Positions 1 to 12,004 are shown, counted from the first letter of the whole stretch. The stretch is DNA of 63,054 bases, filler included, from Nemertoderma westbladi (GCA_032718475.1; 3 parts of 3 records of this genome joined end to end with filler, not necessarily neighbours in it), one strand, 5' to 3'. Notes: generated by a model from the sequence alone, not told the origin. A program made the numbers and translations.

Positions 1-177
1 CAACCACAACCATAGCCACAACCACAACCACAGCCACAGCCACAGCCACAGCCACAGCCACAGCCACAACCATAGCCACAACCACAACCACAGCTACAGC
101 CACAACCACAGCCACAACCACAGCCACAACCACAGCCACAACCACAACCTTCAGCCACAGCCACAGCCACAACCTCA
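1..177. repeat. Hexamer tandem array (CACAGC/CACAAC)n, open at the window edge
   Basis: Direct reading: cacagc/cacaac units with an accttcagccacagcc variant near 148-170. Confidence 0.95.
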
Positions 178-516
178 TAGTATGCAACCTTGTGAGTTAA
201 TGTGCGGTCTTATGAGTAAAGGGCAAGAGATTAGACTTCATGTTGCCTCCATTGATTCACTCTTCTTAACTTTATAAAATAACTCCACCCTTATTTAAAG
301 TTTTAAAAATTATGACTTAGTCGACTAATTTTCCAAAATATATTATAAAAAACATATAATGTCTTGAATAAATAGACCTAATAGCAATAAATATTGTTGG
401 CAAATACATTAATAATACTAATATAATAATTAAGGATAAATACTCCTAATACCAATATAATTGTTATGGATAAATAGTTCTAATACTATTATGAAAGGAA
501 CTCAAACAAACAAATG

Positions 517-1570
517 TCAATAGTGTCCTCCTGCGCGGGCATATACTGTACGAGAGTTTTTCATCATAGGTCTTCGAAAATAAGTAAAAGCTGGTTGATT
601 TTCTTTACTTTCATCTTCCCCATTAACCAACTGTTTCTTAATTTTATTCAATTGTTCATTAATTTTCAGTAATTTACTTTTATTTCCCAGAACCTGTCTT
701 AATATCTCTTCTCTATTTTCCTCATTTTTCTTCCATTTGTTTAATAAATTTCCGCATTTGATTTTTGTTTCCTAATATTTGTCTCAATATCTCTTCTTTA
801 TTTTCATCATTCTCTTCTAAATGTTTAATAAATATCTGTAATTTAATTTTACTTCCTAGAACTTGGGTCAATGTCACCTCTTTATTTTCTTCATTTTCCT
901 TCAAATGTTTAATAATTTTCCGCAATTTATTCTTATTTCCAAGTAATTGTCTCAATATTTCCTTATTATTATCATTTTCATCATCTTCTTCACTTTCCTG
1001 ACCTTCACTTTCTTCGTCCTCTTCCTGACCTTCACTTTCTTCGTCCTCTTCCTGACCTTCACTTTCTTCATCCTCTTCCTGTTCTTCACTTTCTTCATCC
1101 TCTTCCTGTTCTTCATTTTCTTCATTCTCTTCCTGACCTTCGCTTTCTTCACCCTCTTCCTGACCTTCACTTTCTTCGTCATCTTCATGACCTTCACTCA
1201 CTTCGTTCTCAACCACACTCTCTTCAACTTCATCTTGACCCTCACTATTTTCATTCTCCATCTCATCGTCCTCTTCTTCTTCCTTCTCCTCACTCAAATT
1301 CTGATCATTTTCTAGGGGTAACTGTTTTTGTATCCCTTTCAAAATATTCATAACTTTATGAAATTTATTTTCCATTGTCTGTTTTATCTTTAATATATCA
1401 CGCTCAACTCTCTTTTTCTTTTCTTCTTCACTAAAAATATCATCATTATTTTTTAATTTCTTTGGTAATGGTTCCATTACACCTTCCTTTCTATGTATAC
1501 TCATATGGCGGGATATACTGTCTCGTCTCATTTCTTTATTACAAACCAAACATCTTTCATAACTAGGCAT
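517..1570 (-). CDS. Intronless C2H2 zinc-finger protein with acidic tandem repeats and ~28-aa helical repeats; one frameshift at the A-run near 725-729 (possible pseudogene or base-call error)
   Basis: The N-terminus CLVCNKEMRRDSISRHMSIH fits Cx2Cx12Hx3H. It is followed by EEDEESEGQ repeats and three KEILRQxLGNK repeats. Removing one A near 725-729 restores a fourth repeat (EENREEILRQVLGNKSKL) and keeps the frame open to TGA at 519-517 (~350 aa). Confidence 0.7.
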
Positions 1571-1680
1571 TATATAGCAATGTCAATTGATATTATGAAT
1601 TTTCGCTGAATGATTTTACAAAATTTTAAATAAATAAAACTTTTATGAAAATAAATAAAACTTTTAAAAATAAAAATTAG

Positions 1681-1718
1681 AGAATGAATGGGAATGCGGT
1701 GAATGGGGGCTATTATAG
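1681..1718 (-). promoter_or_regulatory. Putative TATA + initiator core promoter of the zinc-finger gene
   Basis: The minus strand reads TATAATA, then about 20 nt, then CATTCATTCT, roughly 110 bp upstream of the ATG at 1570. Confidence 0.4.
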
Positions 1719-1809
1719 AGGGAGGCTAGAATGGAGTTGTGAAAAAAGAATAATCTATTGTAAACCAGATGTTTCTTGAATTTTTCTCAGGCGTATTTGT
1801 CAATAAAGT

Positions 1810-1881
1810 GGGTGAAGGTGAGGCTGTGGCTGTGGTTGAAGGTGAGGCTGTGGCTGTGGCTGAAGGTGAGGGAGTGGCTGT
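1810..1881. repeat. Inverted counterpart of the 1-177 hexamer array (GGCTGT/GAAGGT units)
   Basis: Its reverse complement contains accttcagccacagccacagcc, identical to 148-169. Confidence 0.85.
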
Positions 1882-2395
1882 TAAATTATTGGCGTAAAGG
1901 TGATATATTCTAGAATGTTACTGGATAACAGTAACAACTTATTTCAGCGTTACACAATATAATTGCATTATGCATTAGGCTCATTCCATGCAAATGTCAA
2001 CCTTTCAATATTCAGATTCTGTACCCATTTTAACCAATTTCTTGTTTCGACTCCCAGTATACCAAGTTGTTCACTTTGCTGAGTTGAATCTATAATTTCT
2101 AGTGTAGAAATATAATACTCCATTCGACGACACAGCTGTTCATATTCATTTTGATTTATACCGTCAGTCGGAATTCTGGAACACTTCAGTATTGCTTGTT
2201 CAATTTCGTGAAGAAATAACCCCGCAGGATCTGCTATACTGTATGTCTACTAGTACCGGTACAATATTCTCGCAACCTAACAAGTAACTTGAAATTCCCT
2301 CTACATACATTATTCTAGAATGCGCCTTTTTGTATTGGCCTATTGAATTCAAGGAATTTATAATAATGAGTGATTTTATACTGATGTGCTATGAC

Positions 2396-2985
2396 AAATA
2401 CTGAAAGATAATTCAGTAAATACTGAAAGATAATTCAGTAAATACTGAAAGATAATTCAGTAAATACTGAAAGATAATTCAGTAAATACTGAAAGATAAT
2501 TCAGTAAATACTGAAAGATAATTCAGTAAATACTGAAAGATAATTCAGTAAATACTGAAAGATAATTCAGTAAATACTGAAAGATAATTCAGTAAATACT
2601 GAAAGATAATTCAGTAAATACTGAAAGATAATTCAGTAAATGCTGAAAGATAATTTAGTAAATACTAAAAGATAATTCAGTAAATACTGAAAGATAATTC
2701 AGTAAATACTGAAAGGTAATTCAGTAAATACTAAAAGATAATTCAGTAAATACTGAAAGATAATTCAGTAAATACTGAAAGATAATTCAGTAAAGACTGA
2801 AAGATAATTCAGTAAATACTGAAAGATAATTCAGTAAATACTGAACGATAATTCAGTAAATACTGAAAGATAATTCAGTATTACTGAAAGATAATTCAGT
2901 AAATACTGAAAGATAATTCAGTAATACTGAAAGATAATTCAGTAAATACTGAAAGATAATTCAGTATTACTGAACGATAATTTAT
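2396..2985. repeat. 22-bp minisatellite AAATACTGAAAGATAATTCAGT, ~26 copies
   Basis: Period 22 (ctgaaag at 2401, 2423, ...). Each unit contains the inverted pair TACTGAA/TTCAGTA. Confidence 0.95.
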
Positions 2986-4248
2986 TAATTACTAAAAGAT
3001 ATTGTAGAACAGTGAAAGATATTAATTATTACTGAATGTAAATTTATACTGAATAAAAAATATTAAAACACTGAATATTGACCCTAAAGAGACGCCATAC
3101 AAAACAATCATATTTTCTAATGAAATCATTTGCTGTCAATTAAAACAACGTTGTGTCTAAAAATTCAGTGCTCATAATCTGCTTACATCATAATGTCCCG
3201 CACTTTACGCTGAACACCATATTTTGTTTGTACAGGATAGAAATATTATAATAGAATGATGATATGTCGTTTGTAAAGCACAAATATATGTATCTTTAAT
3301 CTGGAGTACTTAGTTTGTTTGTGGTGTTTCGTGTTATGTGGTAAACAGGTGTCCCGCACTTTACGTAAAGTGCGGGACAAAAAGTAGAAATATCAAAGGA
3401 TGTAGAGTAAGCGTGCATTTAGATGGAAGAACTTCAACTGGAATAATCATAACAGACATAATAACTTCATATCAATATCTGATATTAAGACACTAAGAAA
3501 AAATGCATGAAAATCACATATATTTCAGTAAATATCCTCAAAATTTTAATTCCTATTTGTATTAGCTTATTCATACTCTGAATAATATTAGTAGGGCTGC
3601 CATTAACCCCTTCCTGGCTGGAGCGTACTGCATATGCCACGGCCTAGACCATACATGGTAAGCTACTATTTATTAACGGTTTTATGGGTGCACTAAAGTT
3701 CCAGGTCTAATCTGGCTATTTAATCTGTATTACATTAGGCCTACAGCGCACTTAAATGGTAATTTTACATAAGCCTAAAATAATATTGAACTGCCTGGAG
3801 GTAATACTGTAATACAGCAAGTAGGAGCCACGCTGTACTAGGGCTTAGGCTAAGGCCACCAACAAAAATGATACAAACAAATTTGCTATCGCCATGCCTA
3901 CACTTCTGTTTTACTTACAGTATTAGGCACTATAATATGTTAACCTCTATTTGTTTTTCTACTCCATTGGGGGGTATTCGTGCATTGTCAGTGGTGGATG
4001 GCAGAACAGAACAATGATTTTGCGCCATTCTTTTCATGCTGGGGCCGACTTTGAGAAAGGACAAATGACAAACTTTGTTTGAAACTTTGTTACGTTATTT
4101 ATCGCAATATTGGAATGCTAGAATGGCATATTAAAGCCCTTACAGCCAAATGTTGGAGGCCTATTAATTATATCTATAATCCCCCCCCCCCCCCCACCCC
4201 CTCCCGCCTCTTCACAACTGTGCAATGTGCTGTGCACTGTACTAAAGG

Positions 4249-5191
4249 CCGGTGTCACAAGGAAATCAGCCCCCCCTAGAATATGCCCCCCCGGGCATTA
4301 TTTCCTAGGATATTATGTCCCCCCGGGCAATTTTTCCTAGGAAATTTAGCCCGGGGGGGCATTTTCTCCTTAGGAAATAATGCCTCCCCTCAGGAAAATT
4401 AGCCCCCCTCAAAAGTCTGAAAACTGGTACGATACCGGTCTGCTGGTAGCCACTTTTAATCTACCAACTGCAGAACTTGTAATAGTTGGAAGAATAGTAC
4501 GGTACCGGTCTGCCGGTAGGCAGTAGGTAAGCAGGTAAGGCAGTAAGGGATGTAGAACAGCATACTGAAGTATCTAAGTCAGTAGGCTACTGTAGTAAGT
4601 ACTGGTATAACAGCAGTGCGAGTGTGTGGTGTTGTGTGGGCGTCGAGCAGCTCCAAGCTTTTTTAAGTCTGTAACCTGCTCCTTTCCCTGATTTGGTAAA
4701 GTGATTGTTTATTTTTTTGGTTAGAAAATCCCGCCTCTGTAACCTGCTCCTTTCTCTCAATTGGTAATGTTATCGTTTATTGTTTTGGTTAGAAAATCCC
4801 GTCTCTGTAACCTGCTCCTTTCCCTGATTTGCTAAAGTGACTGTTTATTGTTTTGGTTAGAAAATCCCGCCTCTGTAACCTGCTCCTTTCCCTCAATTAG
4901 TTAAATGATCGTTTATTGTTTTGGTTAGAATTTAGAAAGGCATGCCTCTGTAACCTGCTCCTTTCCTTCATTTGGTAAAGTGACTGTTTATTGTTTTGTA
5001 TAATTTTTGTAAGTTTTACATTTTAGTAGTAAAAATAAGTTTTGTTTATTGTATAATTCAGGGGGGGCATAATTTCCTAAGGGGGGGGGCATTTTTTCCT
5101 AGGGAAATTTGCCCGGGGGGGCATTTTTTCCTAGGAAAATATGCCCCCCCGGGCACATTTCCCGGGGGGGCATATTTTCCTGTTACACCGG
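4249..5191. mobile_element. MITE with long GC-rich TIRs, nested in the Sola-like element
   Basis: Ends CCGGTGTCACA / TGTTACACCGG, with ~150-bp mirrored arms made of gccccccggg and cctagga motifs. No clear TSD. Confidence 0.75.
4668..4997. repeat. ~68-bp tandem repeat, 5 copies (tctgtaacctgctcctttccc...ttggttagaa)
   Basis: Repeated units read directly; the same core recurs at 54981-55006. Confidence 0.9.
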
Positions 5192-6688
5192 ACCTCCAGT
5201 GGAATTGTATGCTTTAAATACTTGAACATTTACTTGACAGGCAGTCACATGTAAACATGTACACAGTACTGTAGTAAGGAGCTTTACAGGACCAACTACT
5301 GTAAGTTTGGTAGGTTAGGTTTAGTATTTTGGTTAGGGTTAGTTGCATTGTCATTCATCTTCAAGTTCAAATTATATGTAGCAATCTCACTGAAAAGTTT
5401 ATAATTATCACTTATTTAGTCGGAATAATGTAATAATTAACGATTTAATTAATGTGTTTATAAATGATAAAATCTCACGTGTCCCGCACTTTACAGTGAA
5501 ATGTCCCACACTTTACATGACTTTGCTGCACTTAAACTACTCCCCTGTTTCATTGATGTTACCTACAAGCTTACTAAAGGCTAATTTATTTTCCCTACAT
5601 ATCTAGGAACATCACGGAACAAAAGTTTTTCCACTAACTTTACTCAATTCGCTGAACTTTAGCAAAGAATTTGACAGTTGGGAATTTCACTTTCGTACGC
5701 GTCCCGCAAAATTTTTTGAAGCAATAATTCTGAGAGACTGCTGCAGGTTTTCCAAACTACTTTTTTTTACTGAACAGATAATTGGTTTTTCAAAGAAACA
5801 CAAGCATTATAATATTTTAGTTCATTTTCATGATGTACAGTTCTAAAGTATGCACAAAAAGTCGTACGAATGTCCCGCACTTTACATGGAATGAGCCATT
5901 ATTGCATTATATAATATAATTTTATTCAATTTTACATTTTATTCTAGAATGTTTCTACTTAAAAATTTTTTGATTTTTGATTTTTTGAAATTTTTTGCTA
6001 ATTTTTGAGGTGAATATACAGTTTACCAGGTGAATAATAATTATTTATGATATGGGAAAAAAAGTAGAACCTTTTTTCATTATTCTCAAGGCATCTTATT
6101 TACCGAGCGTTAGCGAGGTTAATAAAGGGTGGAGAGAATATTGAAAAAAAAAAAAAAAAATTCTAAAAAAAATTTCTACGTTTTTTTCCCATGTAATACG
6201 TAATTTTATTCTTAAATTTGTACTTTCTTGTTGCTTAATACTGTAATAAAACATAGCGATATACTGCAGTACAGTTGTGTTACAAAATAAATTGAACTAA
6301 AGTATTTAACTATATTGCTTCCAGAGTTACTGCGATTCAAATTATTGTACTCTTCAACTCTCGATGTTACCTTACTCAATGTTAAATAATTTAGTGTTAT
6401 CGAATATTTATTACGTAACTAGAGAACCGCTTAACAACATAAACCAATATTGGATATTAAGTTCCTGTTGATTCCTGTTGATTACTTTTTTCCCTAGGGA
6501 AAAAAAGTGAAACTTTTTCTCCAGATTTTGGGGTATATTCGAGCGAAAAAGTGACAATTTAAGAATAAAAGTTATTCACTTCTAATTAACCAATAGAATT
6601 ATAGAGAATGTAAGAAGTAAGTGATAAACTGTATTATTGTTGATTATATAGATGTATATAATTTGTTTGCATTGGTTGGTTTCGGGTT

Positions 6689-8398
6689 TTATTCGATGAT
6701 GCACTGCTCTTTAATTAAGTTTTTGCAACATTTCCGAAATATTACATATAAAAGGTCTTTGTTGAACCTGAACCCACCACTGATATTGAAACTCCTTAAC
6801 CCTTCAGCGAGATTACCCGAAAGAAGTACATCATTCAGATCAAATTCTATAAAGCGGTGCATTCTTCCATCTATATCATAAGGGTTAATCATGTTAACGT
6901 TAATCGACAACATAGCCAAGAAAGGGAAGCTTCGCAAGGCTATTATAAGATCACTGCCAACACGTTCATTTGACAGAGTAAGGGTTTGAACAGAATTCAT
7001 TACTGGAACCTGGGCATTTTCTACATCAATATTGTCGAGAGTCAATTCCTTTAAATTAGGGAACATAACATCTAAATCAACCAATGAAACTTTGGAAAAT
7101 CCAATTTCAACACGAATGATCTGCGGTAATGTAATTCCTTTCTTGACGGCTTCAGAAATATATCCATCAAATCTGGGTTTATAGAAACTTAACTCCACTA
7201 AGTTAGTAAAGACCAGTAGGTGGTCGAATAATTGACATTCAAATTCTGCTTCAAATGATTGATCGACATGTTGAAAATCTAAGTTTAAACTCTCAACTGA
7301 ATCCTTGCAGTGGGGGAGAACGAAGTCTTTAAGAAGGTCAGAAATAGAGTTAGGACGATAAAATGGATAAGTTATCCATATACTCCGGGGATTACTAGAC
7401 GCTAAATTAAAGTTCATAAACTTGAACTCCGTTTCGGATGGATTTATTCCACGTTCAATTAAACGCATTAGTAAAACAATTGTACATTTTCTATCTGTAA
7501 TGATAGACACTTGGGGTATTAATACTTGTAAATTAATCAGAACATCGACTGATATTTGGTGACATTCAGTTATGACCAAAGTTTGCAATCTTTCAAGTTG
7601 GGAAATGATATGAAATCCAACATATGTGAATGGAATACTTAATGTTTCCAGGTTTGGACAACGTCGCACGATATCATTGATGCAGACTGTGTCAACACAT
7701 GTTTCAGCATTTATCTTCAGAGTAGTGAGTCGAGGGAATTGAACTGAAGTACAACTGGTACTTCCACCTTGACAGCCCCAGATAGCCATCAACCTGTTCT
7801 TTATAGCTGTGAGATGAGGGAATTCAACAGTACCAGAGGTACCAAAACCCATGGTAGACATATCTTCTTTGCATATTTGGATACCACACAGATTCAATAC
7901 TCTCAATCCTAGAGACATCGTGGGTAACCATGTTAATAGAAGGGGGACTACAACAGGGGGAAATTGTTCGCCAAACACTTTATCTCCGTCTATTATAAGA
8001 TCCAGAGGGAAGAAACATTGCTCCAAAAATATATCCTTGTAGGACCTCATATAGACACCCAGGAACCCTTTCGATATGCGAATGTGGTCTATATCATCTG
8101 TCCCCCTATAATATATGCCTCCATATGCTGCTAGTACATAGGAGCGGAGGATATACTTTCGAAGGGACATGCGAATTCCTGGTGCAACATTGACTGTCAT
8201 CCAGTTAGAGATAGCAGCTGTCATAGTAATAACGCCATTACTGTCCCTATAGACTTGTTTTCTATGATTCGCAATCAGTATAAGTTTCGCCAATGTCCGG
8301 GTGATGTTGGTATAACATATTTCCTGTAACGTTAGGATACGACCCCTCGAGTTCGGTATAACCAGTGCATTAGACACTGTTAGAGTATCAATGTCCAT
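6689..8398 (-). CDS. Intronless leucine-rich-repeat protein with N-terminal BC-box-like motif (putative Elongin BC/cullin E3 substrate receptor), copy 1, 569 aa
   Basis: Open 569-codon frame with good Kozak context (ctaccATGG). TLQEICYTNI fits the BC-box [STP]LxxxCxxxI. LRR units include LRVLNLCG, FPRLTTLKI, CPNLETLSI, LERLQTLVITEC, FTNLVELSF, FPNLKELTLDN and LRSFNISG. Confidence 0.8.
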   Translation of the reverse strand: MDIDTLTVSNALVIPNSRGRILTLQEICYTNITRTLAKLILIANHRKQVYRDSNGVITMTAAISNWMTVNVAPGIRMSLRKYILRSYVLAAYGGIYYRGTDDIDHIRISKGFLGVYMRSYKDIFLEQCFFPLDLIIDGDKVFGEQFPPVVVPLLLTWLPTMSLGLRVLNLCGIQICKEDMSTMGFGTSGTVEFPHLTAIKNRLMAIWGCQGGSTSCTSVQFPRLTTLKINAETCVDTVCINDIVRRCPNLETLSIPFTYVGFHIISQLERLQTLVITECHQISVDVLINLQVLIPQVSIITDRKCTIVLLMRLIERGINPSETEFKFMNFNLASSNPRSIWITYPFYRPNSISDLLKDFVLPHCKDSVESLNLDFQHVDQSFEAEFECQLFDHLLVFTNLVELSFYKPRFDGYISEAVKKGITLPQIIRVEIGFSKVSLVDLDVMFPNLKELTLDNIDVENAQVPVMNSVQTLTLSNERVGSDLIIALRSFPFLAMLSINVNMINPYDIDGRMHRFIEFDLNDVLLSGNLAEGLRSFNISGGFRFNKDLLYVIFRKCCKNLIKEQCIIE

Positions 8399-8498
8399 GG
8401 TAGGCAGCTATTACGAAATACTAATAACAATGTGGATAGAACTGGTAACCACATGAATAGTATACAGTTATAAGTTAATAATACAGAAAATATAACTG

Positions 8499-8578
8499 TT
8501 TTATATACAAAGTTAGAGGAACCTATGTAATTGGTTGAAAATTATATTATTATGTAATTTCGTCATTGTTTACGTCAT
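8499..8578 (-). promoter_or_regulatory. Putative promoter of LRR gene copy 1 (TATA, CCAAT, CRE-like)
   Basis: Minus-strand TATATAAAA ~100 bp upstream of the ATG, CAACCAAT near 8530-8537 and TGACGTAA near 8571-8578. These are largely retained upstream of copy 2. Confidence 0.4.
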
Positions 8579-9522
8579 GTCTGTATGTTGCAATCTAATG
8601 AGGATATGAACTTTATCCAAATAAGTAATAATAATAATATTTGCCTTTAGGAAACAGAGACTGGTCTTATCAAAGCCCCTGCTCCTACTGTAAGCGCTGA
8701 AACAGATAAGTATTTAATTTAAAGTCTACAGCCTGGCGATATTCAAATAATGATAGTCTCCTCATGACAATAAGGTATTACAGGTTGATGATTTCGAGTA
8801 TAAGAATGACGTCATTGTCTCTCATCTGTGCTGTAGTGTATTGTGGGTTTGCCTATACTGCCCGGGGGTAGAAAAAACTTTGGGAATTTACAGTAGTTAT
8901 AATTTCAGGGCTGGGCTGGTCCGAATTTCTTGCTTTTGAGCCTTTTTCAAAAGTGGTCACCCTAAGCATTGAAATATAGATCGTTAATTAATGCATTTTT
9001 TATGATAGAATGTTGTATATAATAGATTAAAGTTTGGGAATCCATTAGTGATTGTTTATCTAAACTGATAATTCGTTTCTACTGAGTAGGTGTATTAGGG
9101 AAGGAATTTCATAAAATTTCAAGAATTACAAACAACATTGAAAAAAGTATTACCAGAAGGAGTCATTGTATCTCATTTTGAAAAAATCAAAAGTACAGTA
9201 GGAGAGTATTATGGCATGATACCAAGTCCAAAACTCAAATGTTCCTAACTCTGATGTAAATTGCAATAATACAATGGCTTGTCCAAATTTCAGTTCCGTA
9301 CGTTACTGACTTAATAATCTTTATCACAGAAGTGGTAAATGCAAAGGGAAGGCTTTGTAACCTTCAAAAGTTATACTTTATGTCATGGTCCACAACTGTA
9401 TATAATATCAGTCCGGAATTGTGGATTCCAGCAGATTTATTGGAGATCAGCTATTTTCAGTTATTTTCCATACATTACCTAGCGTTTTTCCATACGTTAC
9501 CTAATGTTTTTCCATGCGTTAG

Positions 9523-10195
9523 CGTTTTTCCATACGTTACTAAATTTATTAACAAATTAAAACATCTTGTAACATTTGTTACATCGAGATTCTACGACTT
9601 GTGGATACATGTTTTAAGATCAAAATTTTACGGGGATTCTAAATTTGATAATTTTGAGAGGGTTGAAGCTACCTGTGTTTTACAATTGTGCTATTTAAAA
9701 AGTGCAGTATGAATATATTAAACCAATCGAAACAAAAAACAATAATAATAATATGAATAATATAATAAATCTCTTTTATCATAATCATCAACATCAAAAT
9801 ACAGTTTTGATGTCGACTGTGGCCTGGCCGCTGTTTCCCCTGACGCTTAAAAAGTATTCATAACCATCAGCTAGGGTTGCTGTCTTCCTGGGCTGCCTCG
9901 TGCAATTATATTTTATAATCCGCGAGTTGATGAATAAAAGAGATTTATTATATTATTAATATTATTATTATTATTATTGTTTTTTGTTTCGATTGGTTTA
10001 ATATTTTCATACTGCACTTTTTAAATAGCACAATTGTAAAACACAGGTAGCTTCAACCCTCTCAAAATTTTCAAATTTAGAATCCCCGTAAAATTTTGAT
10101 CTTAAAACATGTATCCACAAGTCGTAGAATCTCGATGTAACAAATGTTACAAGATGTTTTAATTTGTTAATAAATTTAGTAACGTATGGAAAAAC
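9523..10195. repeat. Long inverted repeat (fold-back) with ~270-bp arms and a ~135-bp spacer
   Basis: 9523-9792 is nearly the exact reverse complement of 9926-10195, which explains the mirrored ORFs 9332+ and 10007-. Confidence 0.9.
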
Positions 10196-10828
10196 CTTAA
10201 AATTACCTAGGAAATATACAAGGGCCAATATACAGGGCCTACTCAGACACTTACAATAAACCTAATATAATGGAAATTAGTTTACAAACTTGGGAAATTA
10301 GTAGACAGTGGCACAAAATATTAATTTTAAAATGTACGATCAGCTACGTCACCTCTTAGCGCGCGTAACGTGTTAATTTTATTTCGCTTAATTTTGATTT
10401 AAATGAGTTGAAATTATAATTGATGATTTCTTTGTGGGGTAAATTGTTCCAAAGTTTGATTAGTGATATGATGAAACTCTGATGTCCGTATTTATTTCTA
10501 GTTCTCGGTTGTACTATTTTGATGGTATGATTATTGATTATTCAAACGAAAATCGTTATTTATTATTTAAGTGAGGCAGCGAAATTTTGAGAAAAGGTAG
10601 TGATAATTTAAACATATAACGATAAAAAAAAATAAGGCCGAAATATTCGCGGCGGGCAGATAATAACGAAGATTTGAGGTACACTTTAAGCAACGTCCTC
10701 AAATAGGTTAGTGTGGACTTGCCCAGTGGAGACTACAATATAATATGTCAAAGAATATTATTCTTTATTCAGTTCTGCAGTTCACTTTTTATTCATTATT
10801 CTGCGATTTAATTCCTTACTTCACTAAA

Positions 10829-10920
10829 AAAGGACTGGCTTAATAAAATAAAGGACTGGCTTAATAAAATAAAGGACTGGCTTAATAAAATAAAGGACTG
10901 GCTTAATAAAATAAAGGACT
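10829..10920. repeat. 21-bp tandem repeat, ~4 copies (aaaggactggcttaataaaat)
   Basis: Direct reading. Confidence 0.9.
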
Positions 10921-11074
10921 ACTATTGGCATAAACACTCGCCTGTTGGATTAGGTTCAAGGCGTACTATATACAAGGCCTTATAATTTTCATAAATTAAC
11001 AAATAACATGGTAAGGACCCAGCTCATATTTTTGTATTATATATTTTTGGTAGGGCCTTTAGGGCACAGTGCAT

Positions 11075-11258
11075 TATTTATTTATTTAGTTTAGTGTTTG
11101 TTTCGGTGCGGTATATTCAGGTGCTGTTTGATTCGATGCGGTTTGTTGTTTTTGCTGTTATTGTCCATTGTGGTTTGTGTCTTTGTCTGATAAGTCGCGT
11201 AGCGGCTGGGGGCGAAAGCCCCGGACATTAAAGATTTACTTATCTTATCTTATCTTAC
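11075..11258 (+). mobile_element. 3' end of a non-LTR retroelement (stem-loop plus short-repeat tail)
   Basis: GGGGC-GAAA-GCCCC hairpin, ATTAAA, then a (TTATC)n tail. Confidence 0.5.
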
Positions 11259-11291
11259 TATATGCCTTCAGACACCCACCCCCCCCCCCCC

Positions 11292-11997
11292 CCAGAATTT
11301 TTATTTTTCCTTTCAATCTTTAGCTACAAGCGTTTGAAAAGGGTTTTCTTGGAAATATTTTACCAGTTACACTGCAGTTATTCATGAACCTTTATCGTGA
11401 ATTGTTGGTACCCATAGAAAGCTAACCATGCAAAGGATTCCAAAAATATAAAAATAATTGAATTTAGTTGGAAAATAGCTGAGGTATGAGGGTTCAAAAG
11501 TTTCATGGTTTTGCACCTGCGCGAGGCTGTTTTATTCTATTAAAAAAAAAAACTATATTTTAGAACATTTTGTTTATGTATGAATAGCTACATAATAGTA
11601 TGTTTAAAGAAGCATTGCATTGTTGCCCAGCTATGTATGGGATAAACAAAACGTTCCAGAATATGATCTATTTATTAAATAGAGAAGGGCGTGCAGGACG
11701 GGAAACAAATACATGCAACTTTTGAACGCTCATATCTCAGCTATTTCCCAACTAAATTCAGATTATGTTACATGTTTGTAATCCTTACATGGCCAGCTTT
11801 CCATCAGTACCAACAAATCGCGATAAGGTTCAAGAATAACTGAAGTGTAACTGGTGAAATATCACCGGAGACACCTTTTTCAAACGCTTGTAGCTAAAGA
11901 TAGAAAGTAAAAATAAAAATTCTGGCTCACCCAGGAAGGAGGAGGGAGGTGAAACTATCTCTGTTTCAAATTTCAAGCAATCTCATTAAGATTTGTA
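11292..11997. mobile_element. Internally palindromic non-autonomous element, copy 1
   Basis: ccagaatttttatt...tagctacaagcgttt is mirrored by aaacgcttgtagctaaagat...aaaaattctgg. Homologous to 55846-56600 and partly to 59262-59530. Confidence 0.75.
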
Positions 11998-12004
11998 ACA
12001 ATGA

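Larger units (their letters stand above)
1978..5897. mobile_element. Non-autonomous TIR DNA transposon, Sola1-like
   Basis: TIRs GGCTCATTCCATG / CATGGAATGAGCC, ATTA on both flanks, and a repeated internal motif GTCCCGCACTTTAC. It is absent from the paralogous site near 17485. The Sola call rests on the 4-bp AT-rich TSD. Confidence 0.75.
1882..8935. repeat. Duplicated block, copy 1 (interrupted by the 1978-5897 transposon); partner at 17399-20518
   Basis: Both copies start with taaattattggcgtaaaggtgatatattctagaatg and end with gaatttcttgctt; they are colinear in between. Confidence 0.9.

Noticed and set aside
765-1315. Hydrophobic and Lys-rich ORFs overlapping the zinc-finger gene
   Set aside because: Antisense and alternate-frame shadows of the acidic repeat.
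5312-5343. TTAGG/TTAGGG-like telomeric seed
   Set aside because: Too short and degenerate; lies inside a transposon.
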